Part shown: piece by piece, positions 53,885-62,369 of the stretch
Layout: each line of letters begins with the position of its first letter
How positions within the stretch are numbered: position 1 is the first letter of the stretch
Source of the DNA: Candidatus Doudnabacteria bacterium
Lineage (GTDB): Bacteria > Patescibacteriota > Doudnabacteria > UBA920 > O2-02-FULL-48-8
DNA length: 64,000 nucleotides
Assembly: GCA_016186915.1 (NCBI GenBank)
Contig: JACPKU010000006.1
Span: 80,921-144,920 of the forward strand
Direction: 5' to 3'
Program-made: the position numbers and the translations under genes
Notes under the pieces: generated by a model
What the model was told of the DNA's origin: nothing
Seen by the model: only the letters and a program-made list of their open reading frames with translations
Database searches by the model: none

Positions 53885-53920
53885 CCCTTGCTTGGCTCAC
53901 CCCAAGCAAGGGTGTTTTAT
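53885..53920 (+). terminator. Intrinsic terminator, copy 2 (identical 28-bp hairpin)
   Basis: Same stem and loop as 53413-53440. Confidence 0.8.
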
Positions 53921-54018
53921 TGATTTTTTTAGCATTCCGTGGCATTATTTAGTTAAGCAATTAATAGTATTATGAAAATCCGCCGAAGCTCGAAGAGCCA
54001 AGTCACAAGCTCAATTTT

Positions 54019-54711
54019 ATGGGAGAAAACAAAAAAAAACCGCATCCAGCCGAAGGTCATAGAGGAAGATTAAGAGAAAGGTTTATACAAAGTGGGTTAG
54101 ATGCTTTTCTTGATTATGAAATTATTGAGCTGCTTTTGACTCTAGGCACTCCCCGAAAAGATTGTAAACAAATGGCAAAAGAGTTAATAAAAAAGTTTGG
54201 AGGTCTTAGAGAAGTGCTTGATGCATCACAACAAGAACTTTCTAAAACCGAAGGCATTGGCCTTATGAATTCTTTCGGATTAAAGCTTTTTCAATCAATG
54301 GCTGAGAGATATGAGCGTGAGAAAATTGTTCAGAAAATTGTTCTCGAGACGCCTCAAAAAGTTGCTAAATATTTACAAGAGAAAATCGGGAGAGAAGAAA
54401 AAGAGCATTTCATTACATTGTGTCTTGATACGAAAAATAATCTTATCAAAATAATCGAAATTTCGATTGGCACATTAAATGAAAGTCTGGTTCATCCAAG
54501 AGAAATCTTTAAAGAAGCTGTGGTAAATCACGCCGCTCAAGTTATAGTTTCCCATAACCATCCTTCAGGCGATATCCAGCCCTCGAGTCAGGATTTATTA
54601 GTCACAAAGCGGTTAGTAGAAGTAGGTAAAATTTTAGGAATTGAACTTTTGGATCATATTATAGTAAGTCGGAGTAACTTTTTGAGTTTTAGAGAGCAGA
54701 ATCTAATTTAA
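54019..54711 (+). CDS. radC: RadC family JAB-domain protein
   Basis: GHR.RLRERF, SIGTLN.SLVHPREIF, HNHPSGD..PS..D, LLDHII. Confidence 0.93.
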   Translation: MGENKKKPHPAEGHRGRLRERFIQSGLDAFLDYEIIELLLTLGTPRKDCKQMAKELIKKFGGLREVLDASQQELSKTEGIGLMNSFGLKLFQSMAERYEREKIVQKIVLETPQKVAKYLQEKIGREEKEHFITLCLDTKNNLIKIIEISIGTLNESLVHPREIFKEAVVNHAAQVIVSHNHPSGDIQPSSQDLLVTKRLVEVGKILGIELLDHIIVSRSNFLSFREQNLI

Positions 54712-54716
54712 TTTTT

Positions 54717-55070
54717 ATGCCTAAATCCGAAATAAAGAAATTGACAAAAAAGATAGTTGCATTCCGCGATGCTCGAAACTGGAAACAATTCCATAATCCT
54801 AAAGATATGGTCTTGTCCCTGGTGCTGGAAGCCGCGGAAGTAGCCGAGCATTTTCAATGGAAAAACGCAAAAGAGATGCAAGAATATATTAAAGAACATA
54901 GGAACGATATTGGAGAAGAGCTGGCTGATGCGTTTTATTGGGTACTCTTAATCTCGAATGATCTAAATATAGATTTAGAGCAGGCGTTTAACAAAAAGAT
55001 GAAGCAGAACAAAAAAAAATATCCTGTAAGCAAAGCAAAAGGTAGACATGACAAGTATACGAAGTTATAA
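54717..55070 (+). CDS. MazG-like nucleotide pyrophosphohydrolase
   Basis: F...R.W.QFHNPKD, EAAE..E.FQW, EELAD, K...N..KYP. Confidence 0.9.
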   Translation: MPKSEIKKLTKKIVAFRDARNWKQFHNPKDMVLSLVLEAAEVAEHFQWKNAKEMQEYIKEHRNDIGEELADAFYWVLLISNDLNIDLEQAFNKKMKQNKKKYPVSKAKGRHDKYTKL

Positions 55071-55072
55071 CC

Positions 55073-56929
55073 ATGAGACTATACGAAGGCACTGTTCAAG
55101 ATTTTAATTATAATGTTTCTCACAATCAGATTGCAGATAAGGTCGCTGAAGCCTACGCCACTTATTATAAAAAAAGACCTGCTGAATCTGAGTACCGTTC
55201 TTGGCAACAATCGTTGAGTCTTTTTAATTATGCATTGATAAATAGTGGTTTGACTTCAAACTGGATTATTATAGAGTACGAATTGCCCTATTCAACCAGA
55301 AGAATTGATGTCTTACTTTTTGGCAAAGGTCATGAAAATAAGGATAATATTGTTCTTATTGAACTGAAACAGTGGTCGAACGAACACGTTCACGATAGTA
55401 CTGTTGAGGGTAATATTGTTGTAGATTATGGAATTTTTAAACGTGAGGTGGCCCATCCCTCCTTACAAGTCCAAGGATACCATTTTGATTTAATAGATTT
55501 CTTTAAAATATTTGAAGAAAAAAAATCGCCTCAATTGAATTCGTGTGTATACTGCCATAACTATTCGAAAAGTAACGGAGAAAAAGTCCTTTTTTATCCT
55601 AAATTTGAGAAGCTTATAGAGAAGTATAAAGTTTTCAGCAAAGAAGATGCCGCGGACTTAGGTGAATATTTAAAATACAGATTAAGCCAAGGAGAGGGAC
55701 TTGAAGTTTTTAACCGATTTATTCACAGTCAAATAAGACCTACTAAGAAGTTGCTTGATCACACAAGCGAAATGATAAATAAGCAACAGATTTTCACACT
55801 GATTGATGACCAAATCGCTGCTTACAATGGAATAATGCACAAGGCCAAACAGTTAGTTAAGCTGAAAGTGAAATCAGTAATCATTGTGAAGGGCGGACCT
55901 GGCACCGGCAAATCTGTAATTGCTTTGGAGGTGATGGGAGAATTATTGAGACGAGGGTACGTAGTATTTCATGCTACAGGCTCGTCAGCATTTACAAACA
56001 CCTTACGTAAGGTAGTTGGTAGCAGAGCGAATAAATTATTCAAATTTTTCTTTAATTTTACGCAGGAAAAAGAAAATTCGATTGATGTAATTGTGTGTGA
56101 TGAAGCGCATAGATTGCGCGCACATAGTAATGATTATGGTGTACCTTTTAAATTTAGATCTAAAAATCCTCAAATAGAGGATATAATAAAGCCCGCCAAA
56201 CTTTCGGTTTTTTTCCTTGATGAATTCCAAGTCGTAAGGCCAAAGGAAATTGGAAGTGTGGATTTAATCAGAGGAGCAGCAAAAATTTTAAGTGTTAATG
56301 ATTCAAACATTCTTGAGTATGAGTTAAAAACCCAATTTCGTTGCTCCGGTTCTGATGCTTATTTACAGTGGTTAGATAAGATTTTTGGTATACGCGATAC
56401 AGAGATAACTCAATTCGATAAGAAAATGGAATTTAAAATTTTTGATTCTCCAACTTTGCTTAAAACTGCCATTGATGCAAAAAACCTTGAAAAACCTAAC
56501 TCAGCTAGGATAACAGCTGGTTTCTGCTGGCCATGGAGTGAACCAAGGCCGGACGGTAGTTTGGTCAACGATGTCAAAATCGGTAATTTTGAAATGCCAT
56601 GGGAAAATAAAAAGGAGTTTTGGAAATGGGCGACAGATACAAGTGGTCAAGAACAAGTTGGTACAGTTTATACTGCTCAGGGATTTGAATTCGAATACAT
56701 CGGGGTAATTATTGGAAACGATTTAGTTTATGATCGTGTGACAAAAAAATGGAAAGCAATTCCTGAAAACTCTTACGATAAAGCGGTTGTAAGAAATAAT
56801 CAGGAATTAACGCAACATTTAAAACATGTTTACCGCGTTTTGTTGTCCAGAGCTCATAAAGGAGTATATGTTTATTTTATGGATAAAAACACCGAAGAGT
56901 ATTTTAAGATAAGTTTAGAAAATCGATGA
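55073..56929 (+). CDS. DUF2075 (Schlafen group 3-like) helicase with N-terminal PD-(D/E)xK-like domain
   Basis: EY.LP....RID.LL.G, IELKQWS; GGPGTGKS, CDEAHR, QFRC.GS, YT.QG.E..Y.GVI, Y.VLLSR. Confidence 0.85.
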   Translation: MRLYEGTVQDFNYNVSHNQIADKVAEAYATYYKKRPAESEYRSWQQSLSLFNYALINSGLTSNWIIIEYELPYSTRRIDVLLFGKGHENKDNIVLIELKQWSNEHVHDSTVEGNIVVDYGIFKREVAHPSLQVQGYHFDLIDFFKIFEEKKSPQLNSCVYCHNYSKSNGEKVLFYPKFEKLIEKYKVFSKEDAADLGEYLKYRLSQGEGLEVFNRFIHSQIRPTKKLLDHTSEMINKQQIFTLIDDQIAAYNGIMHKAKQLVKLKVKSVIIVKGGPGTGKSVIALEVMGELLRRGYVVFHATGSSAFTNTLRKVVGSRANKLFKFFFNFTQEKENSIDVIVCDEAHRLRAHSNDYGVPFKFRSKNPQIEDIIKPAKLSVFFLDEFQVVRPKEIGSVDLIRGAAKILSVNDSNILEYELKTQFRCSGSDAYLQWLDKIFGIRDTEITQFDKKMEFKIFDSPTLLKTAIDAKNLEKPNSARITAGFCWPWSEPRPDGSLVNDVKIGNFEMPWENKKEFWKWATDTSGQEQVGTVYTAQGFEFEYIGVIIGNDLVYDRVTKKWKAIPENSYDKAVVRNNQELTQHLKHVYRVLLSRAHKGVYVYFMDKNTEEYFKISLENR

Positions 56930-56985
56930 AAAAGTTTATAAACTTTATGGTTTGATTGAAAAAGAAATTAATATAATCAAGGCTA

Positions 56986-57489
56986 ATGACTAAATTGAAC
57001 ATAAGAATAAAAATCCGAAAATACGGTTTGAAAGTTATTGGCTTTCTGTTTCTTATATATATTAACAGCTTTTTAGATAAGATATTTGAGCCCTTAAATG
57101 AGTATTTAATCAATACATCAAAAACATTTCCAGTATTAAAGATATTAGATTTTTTTGTATCAATTCTAGCACTGGAAATTCCAATTTATTCCTTGTTAAT
57201 AGCCCTGTCAGTTATTTGGATCGTATTTAAAATTTACTTGTTCGTAAGAGTTCGTCGGAATAAATTACAAATTCTCACGGCAATCTATGGTAAAAATAGT
57301 AGAATTGTAGAAATTACTAATCAATTAAATAATCTTGTAGAAAATGATAAATTGAAAGTTGTATTATCGAATGCCTTGGCGGGTGATCCACTCTACGGGA
57401 AACCAAAGATGGGGAAGGTAAAATATCAATATAATGGAAAAATTTCAGAGAAGGAATATATTGAAGGCGAAACTATAGAACTTCCATGA
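56986..57489 (+). CDS. Membrane protein with C-terminal A.YG...GDP..G..K domain
   Basis: Two TM segments; AT-rich. Confidence 0.65.
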   Translation: MTKLNIRIKIRKYGLKVIGFLFLIYINSFLDKIFEPLNEYLINTSKTFPVLKILDFFVSILALEIPIYSLLIALSVIWIVFKIYLFVRVRRNKLQILTAIYGKNSRIVEITNQLNNLVENDKLKVVLSNALAGDPLYGKPKMGKVKYQYNGKISEKEYIEGETIELP

Positions 57490-57537
57490 GGGATTCATTG
57501 ATTTGAATTTTTTTATTTATTAAGCTAATCTTTGTTT

Positions 57538-57756
57538 ATGGCAAGAGTAACTTTCGACACAATTTTCGCAAGTCATACGGAAGATAATTCATATGAACCT
57601 CGTCAAAGAATAAGGGTGGGTTCTGTTGAATTTGGGCCAGGAGTTAGATTTACCAGAGGAGTTGCCTTTGGTGGTGTAGAATTTGACCAGGTTATTGGTC
57701 ACGAACTTGAAGTCGAGACCCAAGGAGACTTATTAGTCATTAAAGGCGTTTATTGA
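57538..57756 (+). CDS. Small hypothetical protein
   Basis: Gly-rich beta-type sequence; tightly spaced to the next gene. Confidence 0.6.
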   Translation: MARVTFDTIFASHTEDNSYEPRQRIRVGSVEFGPGVRFTRGVAFGGVEFDQVIGHELEVETQGDLLVIKGVY

Positions 57757-57757
57757 A

Positions 57758-58054
57758 ATGGCGAAGGAAGATTTAAAAATAAAATTTAATGACCCAGAAG
57801 ATTTCATTAAAAGATTTGATAGGCTTTTTTATTTCGTAGTTGGAGCAATGTTAATCGGTTTTCTTTCTCTGTTGTTTATGGTGGCCGGGTTGGTTGTTGA
57901 CTCTTGGCGTTTTAATTCCACCGTCTATAAAGAGTCAAAATTATTAAAACTTCAAGAAGATATAATAAATCAAAATTTTGAACAGCAGAAACTTAATTCT
58001 AATACCCTTGAATCTATAAAACAGCAGTTACTAGAGATGAAAACCAAACAGTAA
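57758..58054 (+). CDS. Single-TM hypothetical protein with coiled tail
   Basis: One hydrophobic segment; starts 1 nt after the upstream stop. Confidence 0.6.
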   Translation: MAKEDLKIKFNDPEDFIKRFDRLFYFVVGAMLIGFLSLLFMVAGLVVDSWRFNSTVYKESKLLKLQEDIINQNFEQQKLNSNTLESIKQQLLEMKTKQ

Positions 58055-58087
58055 TAGCACTGTAGTAATTTAATTTCCCCAACTATT

Positions 58088-58119
58088 AAAAACCGCAGCT
58101 TGGTCGCTGCGGCTTTTAA
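58088..58119. terminator. Bidirectional terminator
   Basis: A5-CCGCAGC-ttggtc-GCTGCGG-CTTTT between convergent genes. Confidence 0.75.
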
Positions 58120-58148
58120 TTTTTTATTTTCATTTCTAATAAGGTTAA

Positions 58149-58373
58149 TTAACCTTTCGGAGGATACGGGTCATGCTGGTAGGTATTGCGTTCACGGATT
58201 TTACCGTCTCGGCCGTGAATGAATACCTCACCGCCGCCTTGATTGATTGCAGTTTGCCGCGCGACTCTGAAGGCGTCTTGTTGATCATCCATAACGATTG
58301 TGTCTCGATCAGCGTTTGCGCGACGAACCGCCCACTGGTTGTGGCCGCGGTATACGACGTGTTGGTTAGCCAT
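58149..58373 (-). CDS. DUF2188 family protein
   Basis: QHVV....WAV, Q..A...AR..A, E..IH.RDGKIRER.TY..DP.PP.G. Confidence 0.88.
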   Translation of the reverse strand: MANQHVVYRGHNQWAVRRANADRDTIVMDDQQDAFRVARQTAINQGGGEVFIHGRDGKIRERNTYQHDPYPPKG

Positions 58374-58551
58374 AACTATTCCTTTCTTCCGCTAATTATT
58401 CGACCTTTATTTTGGTTTCGGATTTTTAGGCCTCCACCATACATTAATTTTATGACTCGAAAGTAAAATAGTCAATAACACTGGTATTGACTATTAAAAC
58501 TGAATGCATATAATAACTTCAAAGGCGGCTTTTGCCGCTATTCAATTTTTT

Positions 58552-59115
58552 ATGAATAAACATTTAGAACCGATTTTTAGAAAAGTATTACCAGCTTTAG
58601 ATGAAGCTGATATTGATTACTGGGTTTACGGTGGTGTGGCCATTGCCGGTATAGAAGGGGATTTTTATCGGTATAATGAAGATGTCGATATTTTTATTTT
58701 TGATAATGATTATCAGCGAACCTTGGAAGTAATTGAAAATCTGAATTATAATTGGAGTAAAGTCAAACACGCAAAACTCCTTAATGGAATACGTCCAAAA
58801 GAGGAATACTTTGTTAAGGATCAAAAGGAAGATATATTTTCGGTAATCCCAGTCTATAAAATTAATGATAATAAAATTAAGTTTGTTTATTCCAAAGATT
58901 TAGTTCCAGTCAACCCACTAACTCGAGAAAAGAGAATCATTGGAAGTTATACATTTTTTACCCCTGGCAGTGAGTTTATCAAAGAACAGTTTATCCATAA
59001 AATAAAAGGGAAAATTTTCAAACAGGCGGAATTATCGGAAAATGAGGAAAAGGATGCCGAGGTTTTGTTCGGTCCCGATTATTTAAAAACAATAACTGCT
59101 TTAGTTCATTCCTGA
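58552..59115 (+). CDS. Nucleotidyltransferase-fold protein (LicD/ANT(2'')-like)
   Basis: I.YW..GG.A.....G...R...DVDI; promoter TTGACT-16-TATAAT at 58487-58514. Confidence 0.7.
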   Translation: MNKHLEPIFRKVLPALDEADIDYWVYGGVAIAGIEGDFYRYNEDVDIFIFDNDYQRTLEVIENLNYNWSKVKHAKLLNGIRPKEEYFVKDQKEDIFSVIPVYKINDNKIKFVYSKDLVPVNPLTREKRIIGSYTFFTPGSEFIKEQFIHKIKGKIFKQAELSENEEKDAEVLFGPDYLKTITALVHS

Positions 59116-59344
59116 CCCTTCTCTAATACACGAAGTATACGAAGGTCACCTTTGCAATTTGGATTTTAAGCTGCTGTTGACCGTCTCGACTTCGCCCGAG
59201 GCCTTCGGCGAGACATAGTTTTTGTTTTAGGGAATTAAAATGTTAGAATTAAAATAGGTGTATATGGGTGAATATATTTTTTGTAAATTATGAGAGAGAC
59301 GTCATCAGGCCATAAGATTTGGGGGAAGAGGGAAAGTCAAAACC

Positions 59345-59650
59345 TTGAACAGCAAACCGTATAAATTCAAAGCCAAAGTGTGGTTGTATCCAGGAGAGGC
59401 TGGGTGGCACTTTGTGAATGTGCCTAAGAATCTATCAAAACAGATTGATAAAAGTTTTGCACATTTGAAAAGGGGATTTGGCTCGTTGCCGGTAGTGGCG
59501 CAGATTGGCAAAACCTTCTGGAAAACCTCGATCTTTCCAGACACCAAATCCGGCACTTATTTATTGGCTTTGAAAGTCGCGGTTCGCAAAGCCGAACATA
59601 TTAAGCTTCATGACCGTCTTGCCATCGTCCTCCAAATCCGAGAACTCTAG
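59345..59650 (+). CDS. DUF1905 family protein
   Basis: F.A..W......GW.FV.VP, G.GS.PV...IG...W.TSIFP, YLL.LK..VRK.E. Confidence 0.85.
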   Translation: MNSKPYKFKAKVWLYPGEAGWHFVNVPKNLSKQIDKSFAHLKRGFGSLPVVAQIGKTFWKTSIFPDTKSGTYLLALKVAVRKAEHIKLHDRLAIVLQIREL

Positions 59651-59741
59651 TATCTTATTTAAGGACTCATTCGCGCGAATGAGCGAATGATGGTATATTG
59701 GCTATACACAATTTTTTGCAGCTTCTGTGAATTATTCTTCT

Positions 59742-60002
59742 ATGCCCACTTTAGAAAGACAACTTAAGGCGTTAGCGAATAAAAGAAGATTAGCGATAAT
59801 CAAATTTTTGGATAATCGCCGCGAAGCGTCGGTGGGTACGATTGCGGGCTGGATTAGATTGTCTTTCAAGTCTACATCCAAGCATTTATCAATTTTATCC
59901 GCGGTTGACATCGTGGATAAGGAGCAGCGCAGCAAAACCGTGTTTTATCATCTGGTTTCGCCGAAATCCAATTTAGTCAAACAAATTTTATCTCTGCTTT
60001 AA
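59742..60002 (+). CDS. ArsR/SmtB family HTH regulator
   Basis: LKALAN.RRL.I...L, SVG.IA..I.LS...TS.HL..L, V......VFY.L. Confidence 0.88.
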   Translation: MPTLERQLKALANKRRLAIIKFLDNRREASVGTIAGWIRLSFKSTSKHLSILSAVDIVDKEQRSKTVFYHLVSPKSNLVKQILSLL

Positions 60003-60034
60003 CTAGGCATCATTCGCGCGAATAGGAGAATAGT

Positions 60035-60796
60035 ATGTGGTATTCTGGGAACGATTTTACAAATGAGGAGCTAGAAGTTCTAAAGGAGCTTGAGCGGGAG
60101 TTATTTAAATATAATCCCGGTTTTCGAGCCATGTGGCACGATGATTTTGAAGAGTACTTTAAGGGGACGTTGAATGAGGAGTACTGGGAGCGAAGAGAAA
60201 AACAACGCAATAAGGAATTAGAAGAAATAGTAAGAAAGCGGATGGTCGAAGATTTTGAATACGTGAAGTTTCGACATGAATTAGCGGAAATAGAGGAAAT
60301 GCTGTCGCGAGATGATCTTTTTTCCATCAAAGCAAGGGCTGGATTTGAGGATGAGTGGGAGAAAGCTCAAGAAAAAAAGCGGGAAGATAAGCTTTATGTG
60401 ACCGCAAAAGATTGGAGTTTTGAACTTTCGCATTTAGCTTATGAACTATATGAAACATATAAATTACTGCCCTTGTTTCGGATTGGAAAGAACGCCAGTT
60501 ATGTGGCGGCAAAAATAGCCTATGCTTCAGCGGATTTCAGAGAACGGATTGAAACATTGGAGGACCTGGCACGGAACACTTCATGGATAGGATATACGTT
60601 GGCGCTGACTTTTTTAAATAGAAGCTTAGAGTCTTTGGAAAAACTTGAAAGAGAAAATGAGCTGGCAGTTAGAATTGATTTGGATCGTTTTCAAACAACA
60701 GGCTCAAAGATGAAATTAGAATTGATGGATCGTTTGGAAAAATTTCACCAATCGGCGCTTAAGGCCAGATTTACTGGTTCTAATTCGCGCGAATGA
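60035..60796 (+). CDS. Hypothetical charged helical protein
   Basis: 253-codon ORF; stop codon overlaps a repeat copy. Confidence 0.7.
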   Translation: MWYSGNDFTNEELEVLKELERELFKYNPGFRAMWHDDFEEYFKGTLNEEYWERREKQRNKELEEIVRKRMVEDFEYVKFRHELAEIEEMLSRDDLFSIKARAGFEDEWEKAQEKKREDKLYVTAKDWSFELSHLAYELYETYKLLPLFRIGKNASYVAAKIAYASADFRERIETLEDLARNTSWIGYTLALTFLNRSLESLEKLERENELAVRIDLDRFQTTGSKMKLELMDRLEKFHQSALKARFTGSNSRE

Positions 60797-60807
60797 GGGA
60801 ATAGTAT

Positions 60808-61206
60808 ATGAATAAATTTGATTGCGAGAAATTTGAAGAAAAATTGAGAGAAATGGGCATCGAATATGACCCTAAGGCCTTTAAAGCAGGCCGGCTGACT
60901 AAATTATTGTTGAAACTTGACCCAATCCGAGGAACGAAAAGATTCAATAAGAGGTCGGGTGTTAGAAACGATGTCTTTGATAAAGCCCATGAACTTTTTT
61001 CTAAAATTGAGCGCATTGATATTTTCCCTCTTGGGGGTGGCTTACGAGGGTTCGTTTTAGTACTTGATCAAAACACCGCACTCTTTTTTTATCAAGACGG
61101 TGATTATTTTAAATATGACGGCTTTGAAATGGGTAAGTATGCGAAAGGCAAGGTCACGATCTTCGACGACTTACCAGACAATCTTCCAAGTCCTTATGAT
61201 CTCTAA
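60808..61206 (+). CDS. Hypothetical protein
   Basis: 132-codon ORF bounded by repeat copies. Confidence 0.7.
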   Translation: MNKFDCEKFEEKLREMGIEYDPKAFKAGRLTKLLLKLDPIRGTKRFNKRSGVRNDVFDKAHELFSKIERIDIFPLGGGLRGFVLVLDQNTALFFYQDGDYFKYDGFEMGKYAKGKVTIFDDLPDNLPSPYDL

Positions 61207-61329
61207 TTCGCGTGAATGAACGAATGAGTGGATGACCAAATTGCTTTGACGAGGACGTCAAAGGTTCCGCAGGACGGCGGTTTTTGTTTGTGGTAATATT
61301 AAATTAGAATTGAATAATTTTTTTTGCTT

Positions 61330-62094
61330 ATGTCTGTGATTAAAAAAAGTGTAATTATAGTTCTGGGCTTGGTAGTTGCAGTATTTGTTAGTCTTAGCGT
61401 TTACTTTTCCCAAGCGCCGTCGGAAACTAAGGCTTCGGAGCGGTTTATCACTGCCAACCCTGTGGACCTTGCGCAGATTGAGGCTTTTTCCAAATACCGC
61501 AGTTGTGAGGGCCACGATTTTCGCGCACCCCACCTCACGACCGCAGAAATAGAAGCGACCCCCAGCTCCATGAAGCATTATGTCAAGGCAAAGCCGGAGT
61601 TCCGTGGCACGGTTGATCAGGTCAAAGCCATGGCGCCTTTTGACGGCAAGATTTATAAAATTTACGACGAAGGCCCTTCTGATCAGCAAGTTTGGCTGAC
61701 ACCCCATGCTGTCAGTCCGCAACAGTGGCAATTTGTCTTTTTTCACATTGCTTTGCGTGACGGCTTAAAGCAAGGCTCTGCCGTCACAGCCGGGCAGGTA
61801 ATAGGCACGGCCAATCTGAAACGTGGGCCGGATGGTGGGACTGATAACTTTGATCTCGCGGTAAAGTTTACCAGACCGCTTCATAGACCAGCCATTGACG
61901 CGCCTTTTAACCACGCGACTCAGGCGGTACTGGATGAATATCGAGCATATGGGATTGAGCCTGAAGATTTTATCATCTCAGAAGAATACCGCAGTGCGCA
62001 CGACTGTCCGCGTTCTGATTGGGCGGACGAGGGGCCGTTTATCTATTTTGCGCCCGGAGGGCCGGATGATTATGTTTGGCTGACGCAACAATAA
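61330..62094 (+). CDS. Exported protein with a possible M23-like barrel-sandwich fold
   Basis: N-terminal TM/signal; SKYRSC.GHD, MKHY, APFDG.I, FFHI, G..V.AGQ.IG. Confidence 0.6.
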   Translation: MSVIKKSVIIVLGLVVAVFVSLSVYFSQAPSETKASERFITANPVDLAQIEAFSKYRSCEGHDFRAPHLTTAEIEATPSSMKHYVKAKPEFRGTVDQVKAMAPFDGKIYKIYDEGPSDQQVWLTPHAVSPQQWQFVFFHIALRDGLKQGSAVTAGQVIGTANLKRGPDGGTDNFDLAVKFTRPLHRPAIDAPFNHATQAVLDEYRAYGIEPEDFIISEEYRSAHDCPRSDWADEGPFIYFAPGGPDDYVWLTQQ

Positions 62095-62369
62095 TCTCTA
62101 TTGGCACTTGCCGCTATTAGAACTCTTCAAGGTCGAACCTTGATGCTTGAAATATAATTTTAGCTATCGCTATTTTTATGTTAATTCTGGTTGACATTTT
62201 AAGCGGGAGGGTTATAATTATTTCAAGGCGGCAGAAGTGCCGCTAATTTAATTGCAAGAATGCAGATTGAGTTTTATGACCCAGGAGCCGGTTTGAAATT
62301 CATTTAATTAACTTTGGATAAAAAAAGCCCGCGGATTTGTGTTCCGTGGGCGGAGCGGACGAGGTGGAA

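Larger units (their letters stand above)
59669..61227 (+). repeat. Four dispersed copies of ATTCGCGYGAAT-N4-GAAT at consecutive gene junctions
   Basis: Cores at 59669, 60012, 60783 and 61206, all in the same orientation. Confidence 0.85.

Noticed and set aside
51665-58120. Prophage or integrative element at tRNA-Gln
   Set aside because: No integrase or phage genes, and I found no duplicated tRNA 3' end in the window
59669-61227. Classical integron
   Set aside because: Sites are about 20 bp, lack RYYYAAC/GTTRRRY attC ends, and no intI is visible
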